The notes: a model not told the origin generated them from the sequence alone. A DNA stretch of 64,000 nucleotides from an uncultured Gemmatimonadales bacterium (GCA_963842945.1 CAWJIM010000023.1:256001-320000), one strand, 5' to 3'. Positions 31,678-42,340 are shown, counted from the stretch's first letter. A program made the numbers and translations.

Positions 31678-32022
31678 ACGCGTAGCGCCTCCAGCCATTC
31701 GCAGGAAGTGGGAACGGGTGCCTTCAGGGTGTGGAAGTTCGGGGTGGAGAGGGCAAGCCACGTGCCGTGGATGGCACGCTTTAGGAAGGGCCCGTTACCA
31801 GAGTGTGACCAGCAGAGTTGCACCGATGAGGAAGAGGCCTGATCCACTCATTTTAGCGGTGCCAGGCATGCACCCGACCATCGTTGAGGCGAACTGCGTC
31901 TGCGGGTGGTTCGAGTGAAAGTTGTTGCACCGGTAGGTTTTGTCAGCATCATTACTGATATCCCCACCCTCCGCCTCACCGTCGAACAGTGGCGAACGCG
32001 GGGACGAGCTGCAGGAGCGGAC

Positions 32023-32469
32023 ATGGCGGGCCGACTGGAAGCTATTTGGATCAAGCGCGCTCACCGGGGTCCTATGGATCCGGTGACTCGAGGAACCCTG
32101 GTCGCCAGTCGAGGTCTCAGGGGCAACGCCGACCAGGGACGTCGCCGACAGGTGACGATCATCGCCCAAGAGAAATGGGCTGACCTGATGCGGGAGGTTG
32201 GCGCGTCGATTACACCGTCAGCGCGGCGGGCAAACCTCATGGTCAGCGGGATAGAGCTGGCTCAGTCGCGCGACCGCATTCTCCGGATCGGTGGCACCCG
32301 CCTCCGCATTGGAGGCGAGACCAAGCCCTGTGAACGGATGGATGAGGCGTTCGATGGATTGCGCCGGGCGATGGCCTCGAATTGGGGTGGCGGCGTGTAC
32401 GCCGAGGTGCTGGAGAACGGCGAGATTGCCGTTGGGGACGAGGTGGCTTGGGATTCGAATGATGGATGA
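32023..32469 (+). CDS. MOSC domain protein
   Basis: GLRGNAD, RQVTII, RRANLMVSG, ETKPCERM, GGVYAEVLENGEIAVGD. Confidence 0.9.
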   Translation: MAGRLEAIWIKRAHRGPMDPVTRGTLVASRGLRGNADQGRRRQVTIIAQEKWADLMREVGASITPSARRANLMVSGIELAQSRDRILRIGGTRLRIGGETKPCERMDEAFDGLRRAMASNWGGGVYAEVLENGEIAVGDEVAWDSNDG

Positions 32470-32551
32470 GGCCGCTACCATGAATAGTCCAGGCGGTCCC
32501 GCTCTCGCGGTCCCGCCCGGGTTCTTTCACGACACAAGATCTGATTCTGCT

Positions 32552-34024
32552 TCAGACCTTCATTCGCTTGGCCTTTTGCCTCACAAACACGTAGTTCAGC
32601 GTCGGCAGCGTGTTCTGGTTGGCCGCTTTCTCGAAGAGCTCAGCAGCCTTGGCCTGTTCACCCTTGCCCTGGTACGCCATTCCGAGCCGATACAGCGTAT
32701 AGGGGTCCTGCTGGTTACCGAGCTTGAGCTCCTCGATGGCCCGGGGATAGTTCTTCTCACCCAGGGCAATGGTGCCGGCCAGCTCATGGGCCAGGCGGAT
32801 CTGCCCATCGTTTTTCTTCGCCACTGCACCCTTCAGGAATACGTCCGCGTGACCTTTGGCAGCGGCGTCGTCTCCCGATCGCGCCGCAACCCGGCCCAGG
32901 TTGTAGTGGTGAACCAGCCGGGCATTCTCCTTAACCTCGGATGAGAGGTCCGACTTTTCCTGGAGCTCCCGGGCACGGTCGTACTCACGCTGTGCCTCCT
33001 GGGATTTGCCGGCTTCCAGCAGAACATCCCCGATCGACGTGAGGTCGGCGGACATGGCCGCCGCATCGTTGATCTTCTCTGCCACTGCATACTCCCGGCG
33101 CAGCTCCTTCACCGCCTGCTCGTAGTTCGCCTCATCCGCGTACGTAACGGCGGTGCTGAACAGTGCCAGCCGGCGGTCGCCATCATTGCGAGCCGCCTCG
33201 TGCAGCTTCCATGATTCTGCCCGGGCGGCCTCGTGCTTGCCCTGGAACATCAGGTTGCTGGCGATGCCGAAGTGGGAGTTCGCGAAGTTCGGATCGGTCT
33301 GCAGCGCCTTACGGTACATGGCAATCGACTCGTCGAACCGCCCCATCTTCATCAACAGCTCGGCGTACGAGTCGTAAGGATTGGGATCGTTCGGGATCAG
33401 CTCGATGTATTTCTTGAAGGCCTCTTCGGCTTCCGGGAATTCTCCCTCCGCGCGCCGAGCATACCCCAGTAGGTTGTACGCCGGGGCATAGTCCGGCGCA
33501 AGATCGACCGACTTCTGATACTCCGATACTGCCTTGCCGTATTCCTGCTGGCCGAAATAGGCGCCCCCCAAGAGAAAGTGGGCTCGCTCATCCCGGGGAT
33601 AGGCGGCGACCAGTCGTTCGTAATAATCCCGTTGCGACTTGGGGTCGGCATTGGCACCCGCCTGCAGGCCGAGAATCATCAGCCGCTCGCCTTCGGAGGC
33701 TTTGTCGGCCAGACGGACCGCCTCGGCCAGGTGGGTAAAGAAGTCCTTTGCCGTGGGAGCGGTCAGAGCCAGGCTGTAGTGCGCCAGCGCAAAGGAGGGG
33801 TCCTTTGCGGCCGCAGCCTCCAGGAATCGACGGGAATCGTGGGCCCGCAGATTCTCGCCCAGAGTGCGTCCTTTCAGATACTGCTCTCTAGCTTCGGATG
33901 ACCTCGTGGTCACCGGAACCTTGGCCATTCCACCGGCGCTTTGCGCCGCCCCTTCATATGCGGACAACATCAGAGCGAGGACAGCGATGATCCCCACGCG
34001 CGATCCAGTCGATAGTTGCGACAT
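32552..34024 (-). CDS. Exported tetratricopeptide repeat protein
   Basis: Signal peptide; repeated TPR motifs (AYNLLGYA, PYDSYAELL, KALQTDPNF); GGAGG RBS. Confidence 0.85.
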   Translation of the reverse strand: MSQLSTGSRVGIIAVLALMLSAYEGAAQSAGGMAKVPVTTRSSEAREQYLKGRTLGENLRAHDSRRFLEAAAAKDPSFALAHYSLALTAPTAKDFFTHLAEAVRLADKASEGERLMILGLQAGANADPKSQRDYYERLVAAYPRDERAHFLLGGAYFGQQEYGKAVSEYQKSVDLAPDYAPAYNLLGYARRAEGEFPEAEEAFKKYIELIPNDPNPYDSYAELLMKMGRFDESIAMYRKALQTDPNFANSHFGIASNLMFQGKHEAARAESWKLHEAARNDGDRRLALFSTAVTYADEANYEQAVKELRREYAVAEKINDAAAMSADLTSIGDVLLEAGKSQEAQREYDRARELQEKSDLSSEVKENARLVHHYNLGRVAARSGDDAAAKGHADVFLKGAVAKKNDGQIRLAHELAGTIALGEKNYPRAIEELKLGNQQDPYTLYRLGMAYQGKGEQAKAAELFEKAANQNTLPTLNYVFVRQKAKRMKV

Positions 34025-34140
34025 GAAACCTCCGGGTTGCTGGAAGCATGCGATGAGATGAGAGCAGGAGAGTCCAACCTGCCTACAGGCTCTACTCGGG
34101 CCTCCTGGGAAAAGATTCACCCTGGCGATAACCTTCCCCG

Positions 34141-35481
34141 ATGCCTGACCTTCTCGCCGCCCGCTCCCAGATGGCGGTCTCGCTCGCGTTTCACATCATC
34201 TTTGCCGTGGTTGGCATCGGCATGCCGGTGCTCATGGTCATCGCGGAACGCCGGTGGCAGAAGACCGGAGACCCGATCCACCTCGATCTCGCCAAACGTT
34301 GGTCCAAGGGCACGGCAATCCTCTTCGCCGTCGGCGCTGTATCGGGCACGGTTCTGTCATTCGAGCTGGGACTTCTCTGGCCCGGTTTCATGGAGCTGGC
34401 CGGTGGCATCATTGGCATGCCGTTTTCACTCGAAGGTTTCGCTTTCTTCACCGAGGCGATTTTCCTGGGGATCTACTTGTATGGGTGGGACCGGATCTCT
34501 CCCCGGGCACATCTCTGGGCCGGCATCGCCGTGGCTGTCAGCGGCGCGGCATCGGGCATCTTCGTCGTGACCGCAAATTCCTGGATGAACTCGCCGGCTG
34601 GATTCGATCTGGTGGGAGGCCAACCAGTCAACATCGATCCGGTTGCCGCCATGCTCAATCCAATGGCCTTTCAGCAGACCCTTCACATGACCCTGGCGGC
34701 CTACGCGGCCACCGGTTTTGCCGTTGGCGGAATTCATGCGTTTCTGTTGCTCTTTGACCCGGCCAACGCGTTTCATCGCCGGGCACTGACCGCTGCGCTG
34801 GCATTGGGAGCGCCGGCCGCGGTGCTGCAGCCGATCTCGGGCGATTTCAGCGCCCGTTCGGTTGCGGCTCGCCAGCCGATCAAGCTCGCAGCCATGGAAT
34901 CGCATTTCGAAACCATGGCAGAGGCGCCGTTGACGATCGGAGGCTTCCCCGACGTGGAGTCCGGGGAAATTCGTTATGCCATCAAAATTCCCTACGGACT
35001 GTCATTACTTGCCTTCCACGATCCCCACGCCGTCGTCCGCGGTCTGCAGGAGTTCCCCCGAGAGGATTGGCCGAACGTGCCGATCGTTCATACCGCCTTC
35101 CAGCTGATGGTGGCTCTGGGCACTTACCTGGCGCTGGTCTCTCTCTGGGTCGGTTGGACCTGGCTCCGCCGGAAAGACGTGGTTGGAAGCCGCTGGCGCT
35201 TGCGGGCAATTGCACTGGGAGCGCCAATGGGCTTTCTCGCCATCGAAGCAGGGTGGACGGTGACCGAGGTTGGCCGGCAGCCCTGGATCATCCAGGGCGT
35301 GCTACGCACGGCCGACGCCGTGACCCCGATGCCGGGCCTCGTCGTACCCTTCCTGCTCTTTACGCTGCTGTACTGTTTCCTCGGCGTTATGGTGGCCTGG
35401 CTCCTCTACCGGCAGATCATCCGTAGCCCCAAGTCCAGTGAATGGAGCCGGGTGTATGCCCCCATGGGCGTCCGTGCCTGA
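34141..35481 (+). CDS. cydA: Cytochrome bd ubiquinol oxidase subunit I (short Q-loop type)
   Basis: ARSQMAVSLAFHIIF, GAVSGT, QPIKLAAME, GWTVTEVGRQPW. Confidence 0.95.
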   Translation: MPDLLAARSQMAVSLAFHIIFAVVGIGMPVLMVIAERRWQKTGDPIHLDLAKRWSKGTAILFAVGAVSGTVLSFELGLLWPGFMELAGGIIGMPFSLEGFAFFTEAIFLGIYLYGWDRISPRAHLWAGIAVAVSGAASGIFVVTANSWMNSPAGFDLVGGQPVNIDPVAAMLNPMAFQQTLHMTLAAYAATGFAVGGIHAFLLLFDPANAFHRRALTAALALGAPAAVLQPISGDFSARSVAARQPIKLAAMESHFETMAEAPLTIGGFPDVESGEIRYAIKIPYGLSLLAFHDPHAVVRGLQEFPREDWPNVPIVHTAFQLMVALGTYLALVSLWVGWTWLRRKDVVGSRWRLRAIALGAPMGFLAIEAGWTVTEVGRQPWIIQGVLRTADAVTPMPGLVVPFLLFTLLYCFLGVMVAWLLYRQIIRSPKSSEWSRVYAPMGVRA

Positions 35482-36520
35482 GTTGGACTTGGCCGAGGTG
35501 CTGGCCGGGGTACTCGCGCTGTCGCTGAACGCCTACGTGTTGTTTGCCGGAGCCGACTTCGGTGGAGGTGTTTGGGACCTGCTCGCGTCCGGTCCCCGCC
35601 GGAACCGGCAACGCGAGGTGATTGCCCATGCCATTGGGCCGATCTGGGAAGCCAATCATGTCTGGCTCATCCTTGCCATCGTCCTGGCTTTTTCCTGCTT
35701 CCCACCGGTCTATGCCCGCCTCGGCACGGTGCTTCACATTCCGCTCACACTCATGCTGGTCGGCATCGTGCTCCGGGGCTCGGCATTCACCTTTCGCACC
35801 TACGACAGTCAGCACGATGCAACCCAGCGTCGCTGGGGAAGAATTTTTTCCAGCGCCAGTGTAATCACCCCTATCCTGCTCGGTGTGTCCATCGGGGCCG
35901 TGGCGTCGGGGCGGGTGGGAGGAGAGACTCGGGGCAGCTTTGTGCAACGGTTCGTCGAACCCTGGCTCACGCTGTTCGGGCTCAGCGTCGGCCTGTTGAC
36001 GCTGGTGCTGTTCGCCTTTCTGGCCGCTGTGTTCCTCACCCTGGAAAGCACGGACCGGGAGCTCTGTGAGGACTTCCGGCGGCGGGCCCTGACTTGCGGA
36101 GTTGTCGTCTTCTTCGCCTCTGCGCTGGTCTTGTTGCTGTCGCCGGAGTCGGCGCCACTGGTTCGAGGCGGATTGATGGACTCTCCCTGGGCTCTTCCTC
36201 TGCACCTCCTCACCGCCGCCGCGGCAATCTCGGTGCTGGCTTCTCTCTGGTATCGTCGTTATCGACTGGCACGTCTGGCGGTGGGCCTTCAGGTCTCGTT
36301 GATCTTCTGGGGCTGGGCCATGGCTCAGTATCCCTTCCTGCTTCCCCCGAACTTCACCATCCAGAATACCGCGGCGGCGGAGTCCACCCTACGGTTGACC
36401 TTGATCGTCCTGGCAGCCGGCGGTGTGATCCTGCTTCCGTCGCTCTGGTACCTCTTTCAAGTCTTCAAGACCACACCGGCCGACCCGGGTGCAGTCCCCG
36501 CAGAGAGAATGGGTCCCTAG
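35474..36520 (+). CDS. cydB: Cytochrome bd ubiquinol oxidase subunit II
   Basis: GADFGGG, GPIWEANHVWL, LRGSAFTFR. Confidence 0.93.
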   Translation: MPELDLAEVLAGVLALSLNAYVLFAGADFGGGVWDLLASGPRRNRQREVIAHAIGPIWEANHVWLILAIVLAFSCFPPVYARLGTVLHIPLTLMLVGIVLRGSAFTFRTYDSQHDATQRRWGRIFSSASVITPILLGVSIGAVASGRVGGETRGSFVQRFVEPWLTLFGLSVGLLTLVLFAFLAAVFLTLESTDRELCEDFRRRALTCGVVVFFASALVLLLSPESAPLVRGGLMDSPWALPLHLLTAAAAISVLASLWYRRYRLARLAVGLQVSLIFWGWAMAQYPFLLPPNFTIQNTAAAESTLRLTLIVLAAGGVILLPSLWYLFQVFKTTPADPGAVPAERMGP

Positions 36521-38067
36521 GAGCGAGCCATCATCCGTCTGATTGGCTTGATTAACAGGGTGAGGATGAGAGCCGTGGCCAGAGCCGTAGCGGTCACGAT
36601 GGTGAACAAGGTCGTCAGCGGCAACGTCTCGTAGACGCTGGAAGCCATTCCGGCCAGGTAGTTGCCCACCGATAGGGCCAGGAACCAGACACCCATCACC
36701 AGTCCGGCGATACGGGCCGGAGCCAGGACACTCATCGCGCTCAGGCCAACCGGGCTGAGGCACAATTCACCCAGCGTCTGCAGCAGGTAGGAAAGGACCA
36801 GCCAGAGTGGGCTGACGCGGGCGCCTCCGGCTGCGGCCGCCGCGGCTCCGATCATTACGGCAAAGCCGAGACCGAGGAGCAGGAGCGCCAGCGCGAACTT
36901 GGCTGGGCTGGAGGGATTTCGGCGCCCCAGCCGAAGCCACAGGGCGGCAAAGACGGGGGCGAAGAGGATGATGAAGAGGGGCGGCAGTGACTGATACCAG
37001 CTGGGAGGAAAGCCGTGCCCGAGGACCGCATTATTGGTATTTCGAGCAGCAAACAGATTGAGGGTCGAGCCGGCTTGTTCGTAGGCCATCCAGAAAACCG
37101 TCGCAGCAGCAAATAGAACCGCTATCACTACCAGGCTCTTCCGTTCCTCTCTGGTCCACCCGCGGCTGAGGAAGAGCCAGGAGAAAAACGAAACGGTGAC
37201 TGCAATCAGCACCCAACTGAAGTTTCGCGAGATCGTCTCCGGATTGAGACGCAGCAGGCCAGTGAATACCAACACAGCCACGATCAGCACGACAGCCAGG
37301 GTTATCATCCCGACCAGCCGAACCTGGCGATCGACCCGTGCCGCAGCCGCGGGGTCGCTCGGCCGAGCCGGGTGCAGGCCGTCGGGAGACAGGTGCTTCC
37401 CTCCCAGAACGTATTGGACCAAGCCCAGGAACATGCCCACTGCCGCAGCGCCGAAACCCCAATGCCAGGACGAATCCGGCTGGAACCCGGCGGAAACCAG
37501 AATGCGCTTGAAGCCTTCTCCCTGGGCCAGCCAGCCGGTGATGAAAGGAGCGATGAAGGCCCCGCTGTTGATCCCCATGTAATAGATGGAATAGCCGGCA
37601 TCGCGCCGGGCATCTTCGGGCGGGTAGAGCTTGCCGACCAGAACGCTCACGTTGGATTTCAGCAGGCCAGTGCCAACCGCGATCAGAACCAGGCCGAGAT
37701 AAAAGGTGCTCAGCGATGGAAGGGCCAGACAGATGTGCCCCGCCATGATGATGACGCCGCCCACAAATACCGCGCGTCTCAGGCCCAGGATCCGATCCGC
37801 AATCCACCCGCCGGGAACCGAAAGCAGGTAGACCGAGCTGACGTACAGTGCGTAGATCGGGCCGGCCGTCGCGGTATCGAAGCCCAGCCCGCCGGCAGCT
37901 GCCGGAGCGGTCATGAACAGAATGAGCAACGCTCGCATCCCGTAGTAACTGAACCGCTCCCACATCTCGGTGAAGAAGAGGGTAGACAGTCCTCGGGGAT
38001 GCCCGAAGAATCGGGTGTCCTGTTCCCTCAGCTCGGGCTGGGGTGGGCGAACGGCGGCGGTGGCCAT
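36517..38067 (-). CDS. POT family proton-dependent oligopeptide transporter
   Basis: FFGHPRGL, EMWERFSYYGMRA (ExxERF), YYMGINSG, GELCLSPVGLS. Confidence 0.95.
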   Translation of the reverse strand: MATAAVRPPQPELREQDTRFFGHPRGLSTLFFTEMWERFSYYGMRALLILFMTAPAAAGGLGFDTATAGPIYALYVSSVYLLSVPGGWIADRILGLRRAVFVGGVIIMAGHICLALPSLSTFYLGLVLIAVGTGLLKSNVSVLVGKLYPPEDARRDAGYSIYYMGINSGAFIAPFITGWLAQGEGFKRILVSAGFQPDSSWHWGFGAAAVGMFLGLVQYVLGGKHLSPDGLHPARPSDPAAAARVDRQVRLVGMITLAVVLIVAVLVFTGLLRLNPETISRNFSWVLIAVTVSFFSWLFLSRGWTREERKSLVVIAVLFAAATVFWMAYEQAGSTLNLFAARNTNNAVLGHGFPPSWYQSLPPLFIILFAPVFAALWLRLGRRNPSSPAKFALALLLLGLGFAVMIGAAAAAAGGARVSPLWLVLSYLLQTLGELCLSPVGLSAMSVLAPARIAGLVMGVWFLALSVGNYLAGMASSVYETLPLTTLFTIVTATALATALILTLLIKPIRRMMARS

Positions 38068-38077
38068 TGGAGTCCGT

Positions 38078-39154
38078 TCAGCGATTGCGCTTCTTGAGGA
38101 TATCCTGCAGGACTACTCGGTCGATCTTTCCATCCATGCGAACCCGCACGTCGTAATTTTCCCAGTACATGAAGTTCTTCAGCGCCTCGAGGAACGTCGG
38201 CGTTGCGCTTCCCTGTTTGCTCTTGAGCCACTTGTCAGATTGCTTCACCGGTTCGTTCAGCAGGATCGGCTCCAGCTGGCTGACGATTGCAGGAGTGATG
38301 GGAACGACATCCTTCGGCTCGCTGGGGAAGAAGTGCAGCTTATGCAACGCGAGCAGCCGCTCGAGCTCAGCGATCGGATCGGGAGCATCGTAGACTCTGA
38401 TGTCGATGAAGCGGTCGTTCGCGCCGAGATAGCCCCCATTTTTCCGGACCACGAGCAAAGCGGCGGACTGCATGCCCCGCTTGTCCCCTCCACCAGCCTG
38501 ACCCGCCTTGAGCGCTGCCATGAGCCGGTCAGCCAGATTACCTGTGGTGCGCTCGAAGGTTTCGGCCAGGTTCTTCACCGTTTGATCCGACACCATGATG
38601 TTGGCCTGAGCGGCGTACCCTCGGCCCACGATGACCTCACCCTTACCGCCCAGGACGTTTCCCCGTCCAGACGGTGCACCTACCCTGCCCCCCGCCCAAT
38701 CGAAGGTGGTCTTCCCGGTGAAGCTCGCCGCATTACCGCGGGCATCCACTAACCCCACCTGGCGGTCCTGCAGCATCGTATCGGTGCGCATCACAATCCT
38801 GAGGGCCTCCTCCGCAGTAGCTCCCTGAGCGATGAGATCGAGGCCCCGTTCGCCGTATGCGGTGTTTCCCAGGCTCTGGGTGGCGACGGCTCCCACGCCG
38901 GCCCGGCCCCAGGGCACGATTCCACCGACGTTGGGAAACTTGGATTGCACCGCCACCCCGAGGTCGCCGGTGGCGGAGTCATAGGCAACGATGCTGTAGG
39001 TGTGCGCCAGCTTTTTCCCGTGAAGAGGAATGGAGAGTGGTTGCTGGGCGGCAAGAGGTGAGGGGTAAGAGGTGAGAAGGAACAGAAAAGCGACCGGCAG
39101 GCAGAGGTGCAGCCCGGGCCGCAATCGTTCACCGCAAGGGATCGATGTTTTCAC
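38078..39154 (-). CDS. DUF1028 family (Ntn-hydrolase-like) protein
   Basis: HTYSIVAYD, GVAVQS, VGAVATQS, GGDKRGMQSAALLVV, DIRVYD, ENYDVR. Confidence 0.88.
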   Translation of the reverse strand: MKTSIPCGERLRPGLHLCLPVAFLFLLTSYPSPLAAQQPLSIPLHGKKLAHTYSIVAYDSATGDLGVAVQSKFPNVGGIVPWGRAGVGAVATQSLGNTAYGERGLDLIAQGATAEEALRIVMRTDTMLQDRQVGLVDARGNAASFTGKTTFDWAGGRVGAPSGRGNVLGGKGEVIVGRGYAAQANIMVSDQTVKNLAETFERTTGNLADRLMAALKAGQAGGGDKRGMQSAALLVVRKNGGYLGANDRFIDIRVYDAPDPIAELERLLALHKLHFFPSEPKDVVPITPAIVSQLEPILLNEPVKQSDKWLKSKQGSATPTFLEALKNFMYWENYDVRVRMDGKIDRVVLQDILKKRNR

Positions 39155-39699
39155 GAGTCCTTTCCCAGCTTCCGCTTCAGGAATGCGAGCTGCTCTTCGA
39201 CTGCCTGCTTCAGCTTCCGGTCTGAATCGTCCGCGCTCCCATCCAACTCGAGTCCGGGACGGTCGGCGCCGGCGGCTTCGAGGTCGCGCCAGGCAGCATC
39301 GATCGAGTCGAAGACTGCCCCCGGTCGCGCCGACCGATATTCCTTGAGGATGTCGGCGGCCTCTCGCTCGGCGAGCGCCAGCTCATCGCGTTGGACCGCG
39401 AGCTTGCGCTCCAGAACCTGCACCCGGTCGCGGTGGCGCTGAGCAAATCGCTCGGCCACCGAAACGGTTTCCTGATCCGGCAACTGGGCGGCCAGCTGTC
39501 CCCGGCGTTCGGCATCGGCCAATTGCCGTCGCTCCAAGTCGAGCTCCCGTTCGGTGACCGCCAGGGCGCTGCGCATGGTGTGAATCCCCACCTTGGCTTC
39601 CAGCACCGCCTCCCGGAGGGCGGCGGCACGAGCCCGGGGGTCGGGACGCGAGTGATCCTGCAGCAGGCGCTCCAACCGGGCCTTTAGCCCCTCAAACAC
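39151..39699 (-). CDS. PspA/IM30-like coiled-coil protein
   Basis: Amphipathic N-terminus, long coiled coil, C-terminal VEEQLAFLKRKLGK resembling PspA ends. Confidence 0.65.
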   Translation of the reverse strand: MFEGLKARLERLLQDHSRPDPRARAAALREAVLEAKVGIHTMRSALAVTERELDLERRQLADAERRGQLAAQLPDQETVSVAERFAQRHRDRVQVLERKLAVQRDELALAEREAADILKEYRSARPGAVFDSIDAAWRDLEAAGADRPGLELDGSADDSDRKLKQAVEEQLAFLKRKLGKDS

Positions 39700-39741
39700 A
39701 GCCGGGTTTGGTCATGGCGATGCATCCTTAAGGGGGAACAA

Positions 39742-39770
39742 ATGTTACGGACGCCGCTAGAGGAGGTCAA
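39742..39770 (-). promoter_or_regulatory. Sigma70-type promoter for the pspA-like/DUF1028/POT operon
   Basis: Minus strand TTGACC-N17-TAACAT, about 40 nt upstream of the GTG start. Confidence 0.6.
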
Positions 39771-39869
39771 GCGAAGCCCACCACTAGGCCTCGAGCCTGA
39801 TTTCGACTATTATCGAAAACTCCCTATCGAACATCCAAGAAGCACCTGCTGAGGCAGTGGAGGCTATCC

Positions 39870-40274
39870 ATGGCTCTGACGCTACCCGGTGTCCTTCAGA
39901 CCCTGGAGTTTCTGCGAAGCAAACATCGCCGGCGCCTGGCCTTCCTGGCGCCCCCGTTGGAGCGGCGGCGACCGGGCATCGCAGCGGAGGACTATGCGGC
40001 CCGCCATTCGATCGAGCATACGCTGGATCGAAAAGCCGAGCTCCGCCGGCTGGCGCCAAGCTCACCTCCGGCAGCCCGACGCTACCACGAGCTCCTATCC
40101 TACGAATTGAGCGGATTGCGGGAGCTGGTCCGCGCCTTGCACTCGGTGACGGAAGGCCGTGAGCTGGAGGAGGCGCTGGCCGAAGCGGCGGTGCAAATCG
40201 AGCGGCTCGAGATTGAGATTACCTGGTGCGCCGATCTGCTGCAGCGTGCAGTTCCGCGAGCCGTCATGAGGTAG
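39870..40274 (+). CDS. Hypothetical helical protein
   Basis: GGAGG RBS, clean ORF, 2 nt from the next gene. Confidence 0.55.
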   Translation: MALTLPGVLQTLEFLRSKHRRRLAFLAPPLERRRPGIAAEDYAARHSIEHTLDRKAELRRLAPSSPPAARRYHELLSYELSGLRELVRALHSVTEGRELEEALAEAAVQIERLEIEITWCADLLQRAVPRAVMR

Positions 40275-40276
40275 CC

Positions 40277-40938
40277 ATGGCTGAGCCGCCCGTCGCTCCC
40301 GACCAGACACGCTGGAGCCGGGTCTGGTCTCGATTGGGCGGCCGGGGAAATGGACGCCAGATCTTCGAACAGCTCGCTGCCGAGTACAATGAGCCCACCC
40401 GCACGTACCACAATATCGAACATCTGCGGCACTGTCTGACTGAGCTGGAGGAAAACATCGCCCTGGCTCATCGACCGGTAGAGGTCGAGGCAGCACTATG
40501 GTTTCATGACGCCGTATACGTTCCTGGAGATCCGGACAACGAGGACCAGAGTGCGCGCCTGGCGGAAACCGCACTCCGGGGCGGCGGAGTGGAGCCTGAG
40601 ACTGCCGCCGAATCGCGGCGCTGGTGCTGGCAACCCGGCACACCGGGTTGGCGCCGGACGATGACGCCAGGCTCGTCTGCGACATCGATCTCTCGATCTT
40701 GGGCGGGCCGCCGGCTTCCTTCGAGCTGTTCGAGCGGCGGATCAGGCAGGAGTATCGCTTGGTACCCGATGCTCTGTACCAGCAGGGACGACGGAGGTGC
40801 TACGAGAGATTTCTGCTTCGCCCGTCGATTTACCAGACCGCGCCGTTTCAGGCGCGATATGAGAACCAGGCCCGCCAGAATCTGGCAGGTGCTGTGGCGG
40901 CACTGAAGGGCTTGATGGGTCTACTTACTTCCTTTTAG
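40277..40938 (+). CDS. Predicted HD-superfamily metal-dependent phosphohydrolase; frameshift near 40620
   Basis: RTYHNIEHL, LWFHDAVY, DNEDQSA, LATRH, CDIDLSILG, IRQEY, EQARQNL-like end. Confidence 0.82.
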
Positions 40939-42135
40939 AGGACGTTCTCTTCGTTCGCCCGGTTGGCTTTCCGCTCCCTGCCACCTCCTCCTGCAGACGG
41001 ATGGTTTCGTCCGCCGTGCACTGGTTTGCTGGTCTTCCAACAGAGACTTGAGCCGCAGGAGATCCTCGTCCATGGCTCGCTTCGGATCCACCCCGAGTAG
41101 CGAGGCCAGCGTATGTCCGGCCGCCCCGGCAGGGGGAGTGTAGGTCAGCTGCACGTCGATCTGAGTCTCGCGGTCTGAGACCGGACGCAGGCGAACCTGT
41201 CCCGACGTCTCTACCGCCGAACCCTCCACGCTGCGCCATCCGATAAACTGGTTTGGTACCCAGTCGGTGACGACCGCTTCCCACTCCGCGGGAACTCCGG
41301 CAGGGCCTACGGCTATCCAGCGGGAGCGCCCTTCCTCGATCTTCTGGACCTCCCGAAGGTGGGCCATGAATCGAGGGAAGCTCTCAAAGTTGCTCCATAA
41401 CTCCCAAACCCGCTCTGCCGGGGCTCCGACGTGCAGCGTCTTCTCAACCGTGATCGCTCGTCCGCTCCAGCCGAGCGCAATCAGTCGACGCGGCGGAAGA
41501 TTGGCAGCCGCTCGAGCGACCAGACCCATTCCAACGAGGCTCAGCACCTGACTCTGCAAGCCTCTGGTTCGCATACCTTGGAGCGCCACCAGGCCTCCCA
41601 GGGTACCAACCACGAGCCGCGTCGCTGGAGGCCAGTTCCCTCCCGTGCCCTCAGCTTCCGATTCGGGATCCCGCGCGGACCCCTGCAAGGACGGTATGCC
41701 GGTCGCGCTTGGGTAGATCTCCAACTCATTCTGCACTTCCCGTACGCCGCGAACCCGACCGACACCCCGGAGAAGAGGATCCAACTGGTGCTCCCGCACC
41801 TTGCCGCCGAGGGTTACTTGGCCCTCGAACGCGGTGACGGTTATCGCCCCCGGGTGAAAAACCAGGCGGCCGAGGGCGGATCGTACCCGGTCTTGAAGCA
41901 CGTCATTGTCAGGCTCTTGGCGGCTGAATCGCCTGCGAAATTGGGCGGTTACCCCGAGCGAGCGGTTCCGGGTATCGCGTGCCGTTGCCGCAAGACCGTC
42001 CCCCAGCTTGTGTCCAACGTGAATGCCCTGGTCTCGCAGAAGCGATCGGCGGCGGGCACCCCGATCGGGATCCAGCAGGTACATCGCTCCCGCGCCCACA
42101 ATGACGCCGGTGAGAAGCTTGCCTTGTCCCTGCAT
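40921..42135 (-). CDS. BON domain plus SRPBCC (polyketide cyclase-like) protein
   Basis: AMYLLDPDRGARRR, BON (DRVRSALGR...VTLGG), WSNFESFPRFM, EDLLRLKSLLE. Confidence 0.85.
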   Translation of the reverse strand: MQGQGKLLTGVIVGAGAMYLLDPDRGARRRSLLRDQGIHVGHKLGDGLAATARDTRNRSLGVTAQFRRRFSRQEPDNDVLQDRVRSALGRLVFHPGAITVTAFEGQVTLGGKVREHQLDPLLRGVGRVRGVREVQNELEIYPSATGIPSLQGSARDPESEAEGTGGNWPPATRLVVGTLGGLVALQGMRTRGLQSQVLSLVGMGLVARAAANLPPRRLIALGWSGRAITVEKTLHVGAPAERVWELWSNFESFPRFMAHLREVQKIEEGRSRWIAVGPAGVPAEWEAVVTDWVPNQFIGWRSVEGSAVETSGQVRLRPVSDRETQIDVQLTYTPPAGAAGHTLASLLGVDPKRAMDEDLLRLKSLLEDQQTSARRTKPSVCRRRWQGAESQPGERRERPLKGSK

Positions 42136-42340
42136 GGCTGATCCTCCTCAAACTCCGCTCGGAAAGGTTTCAGGCGCCTCCCCTGACTCCCATCCCCGCC
42201 GTGTCCTCCCCCGAAACATACTCCGATAATTCCTCCGCGTTCTTCACCAGTCGAGCATTCTGCTCGGCGTGAAGGAACTCACCCGTGGGATGTTCCCCGT
42301 CGCGCCGCAACAGATCGCCAGCCTGCCGCGGGAGGGCTAC

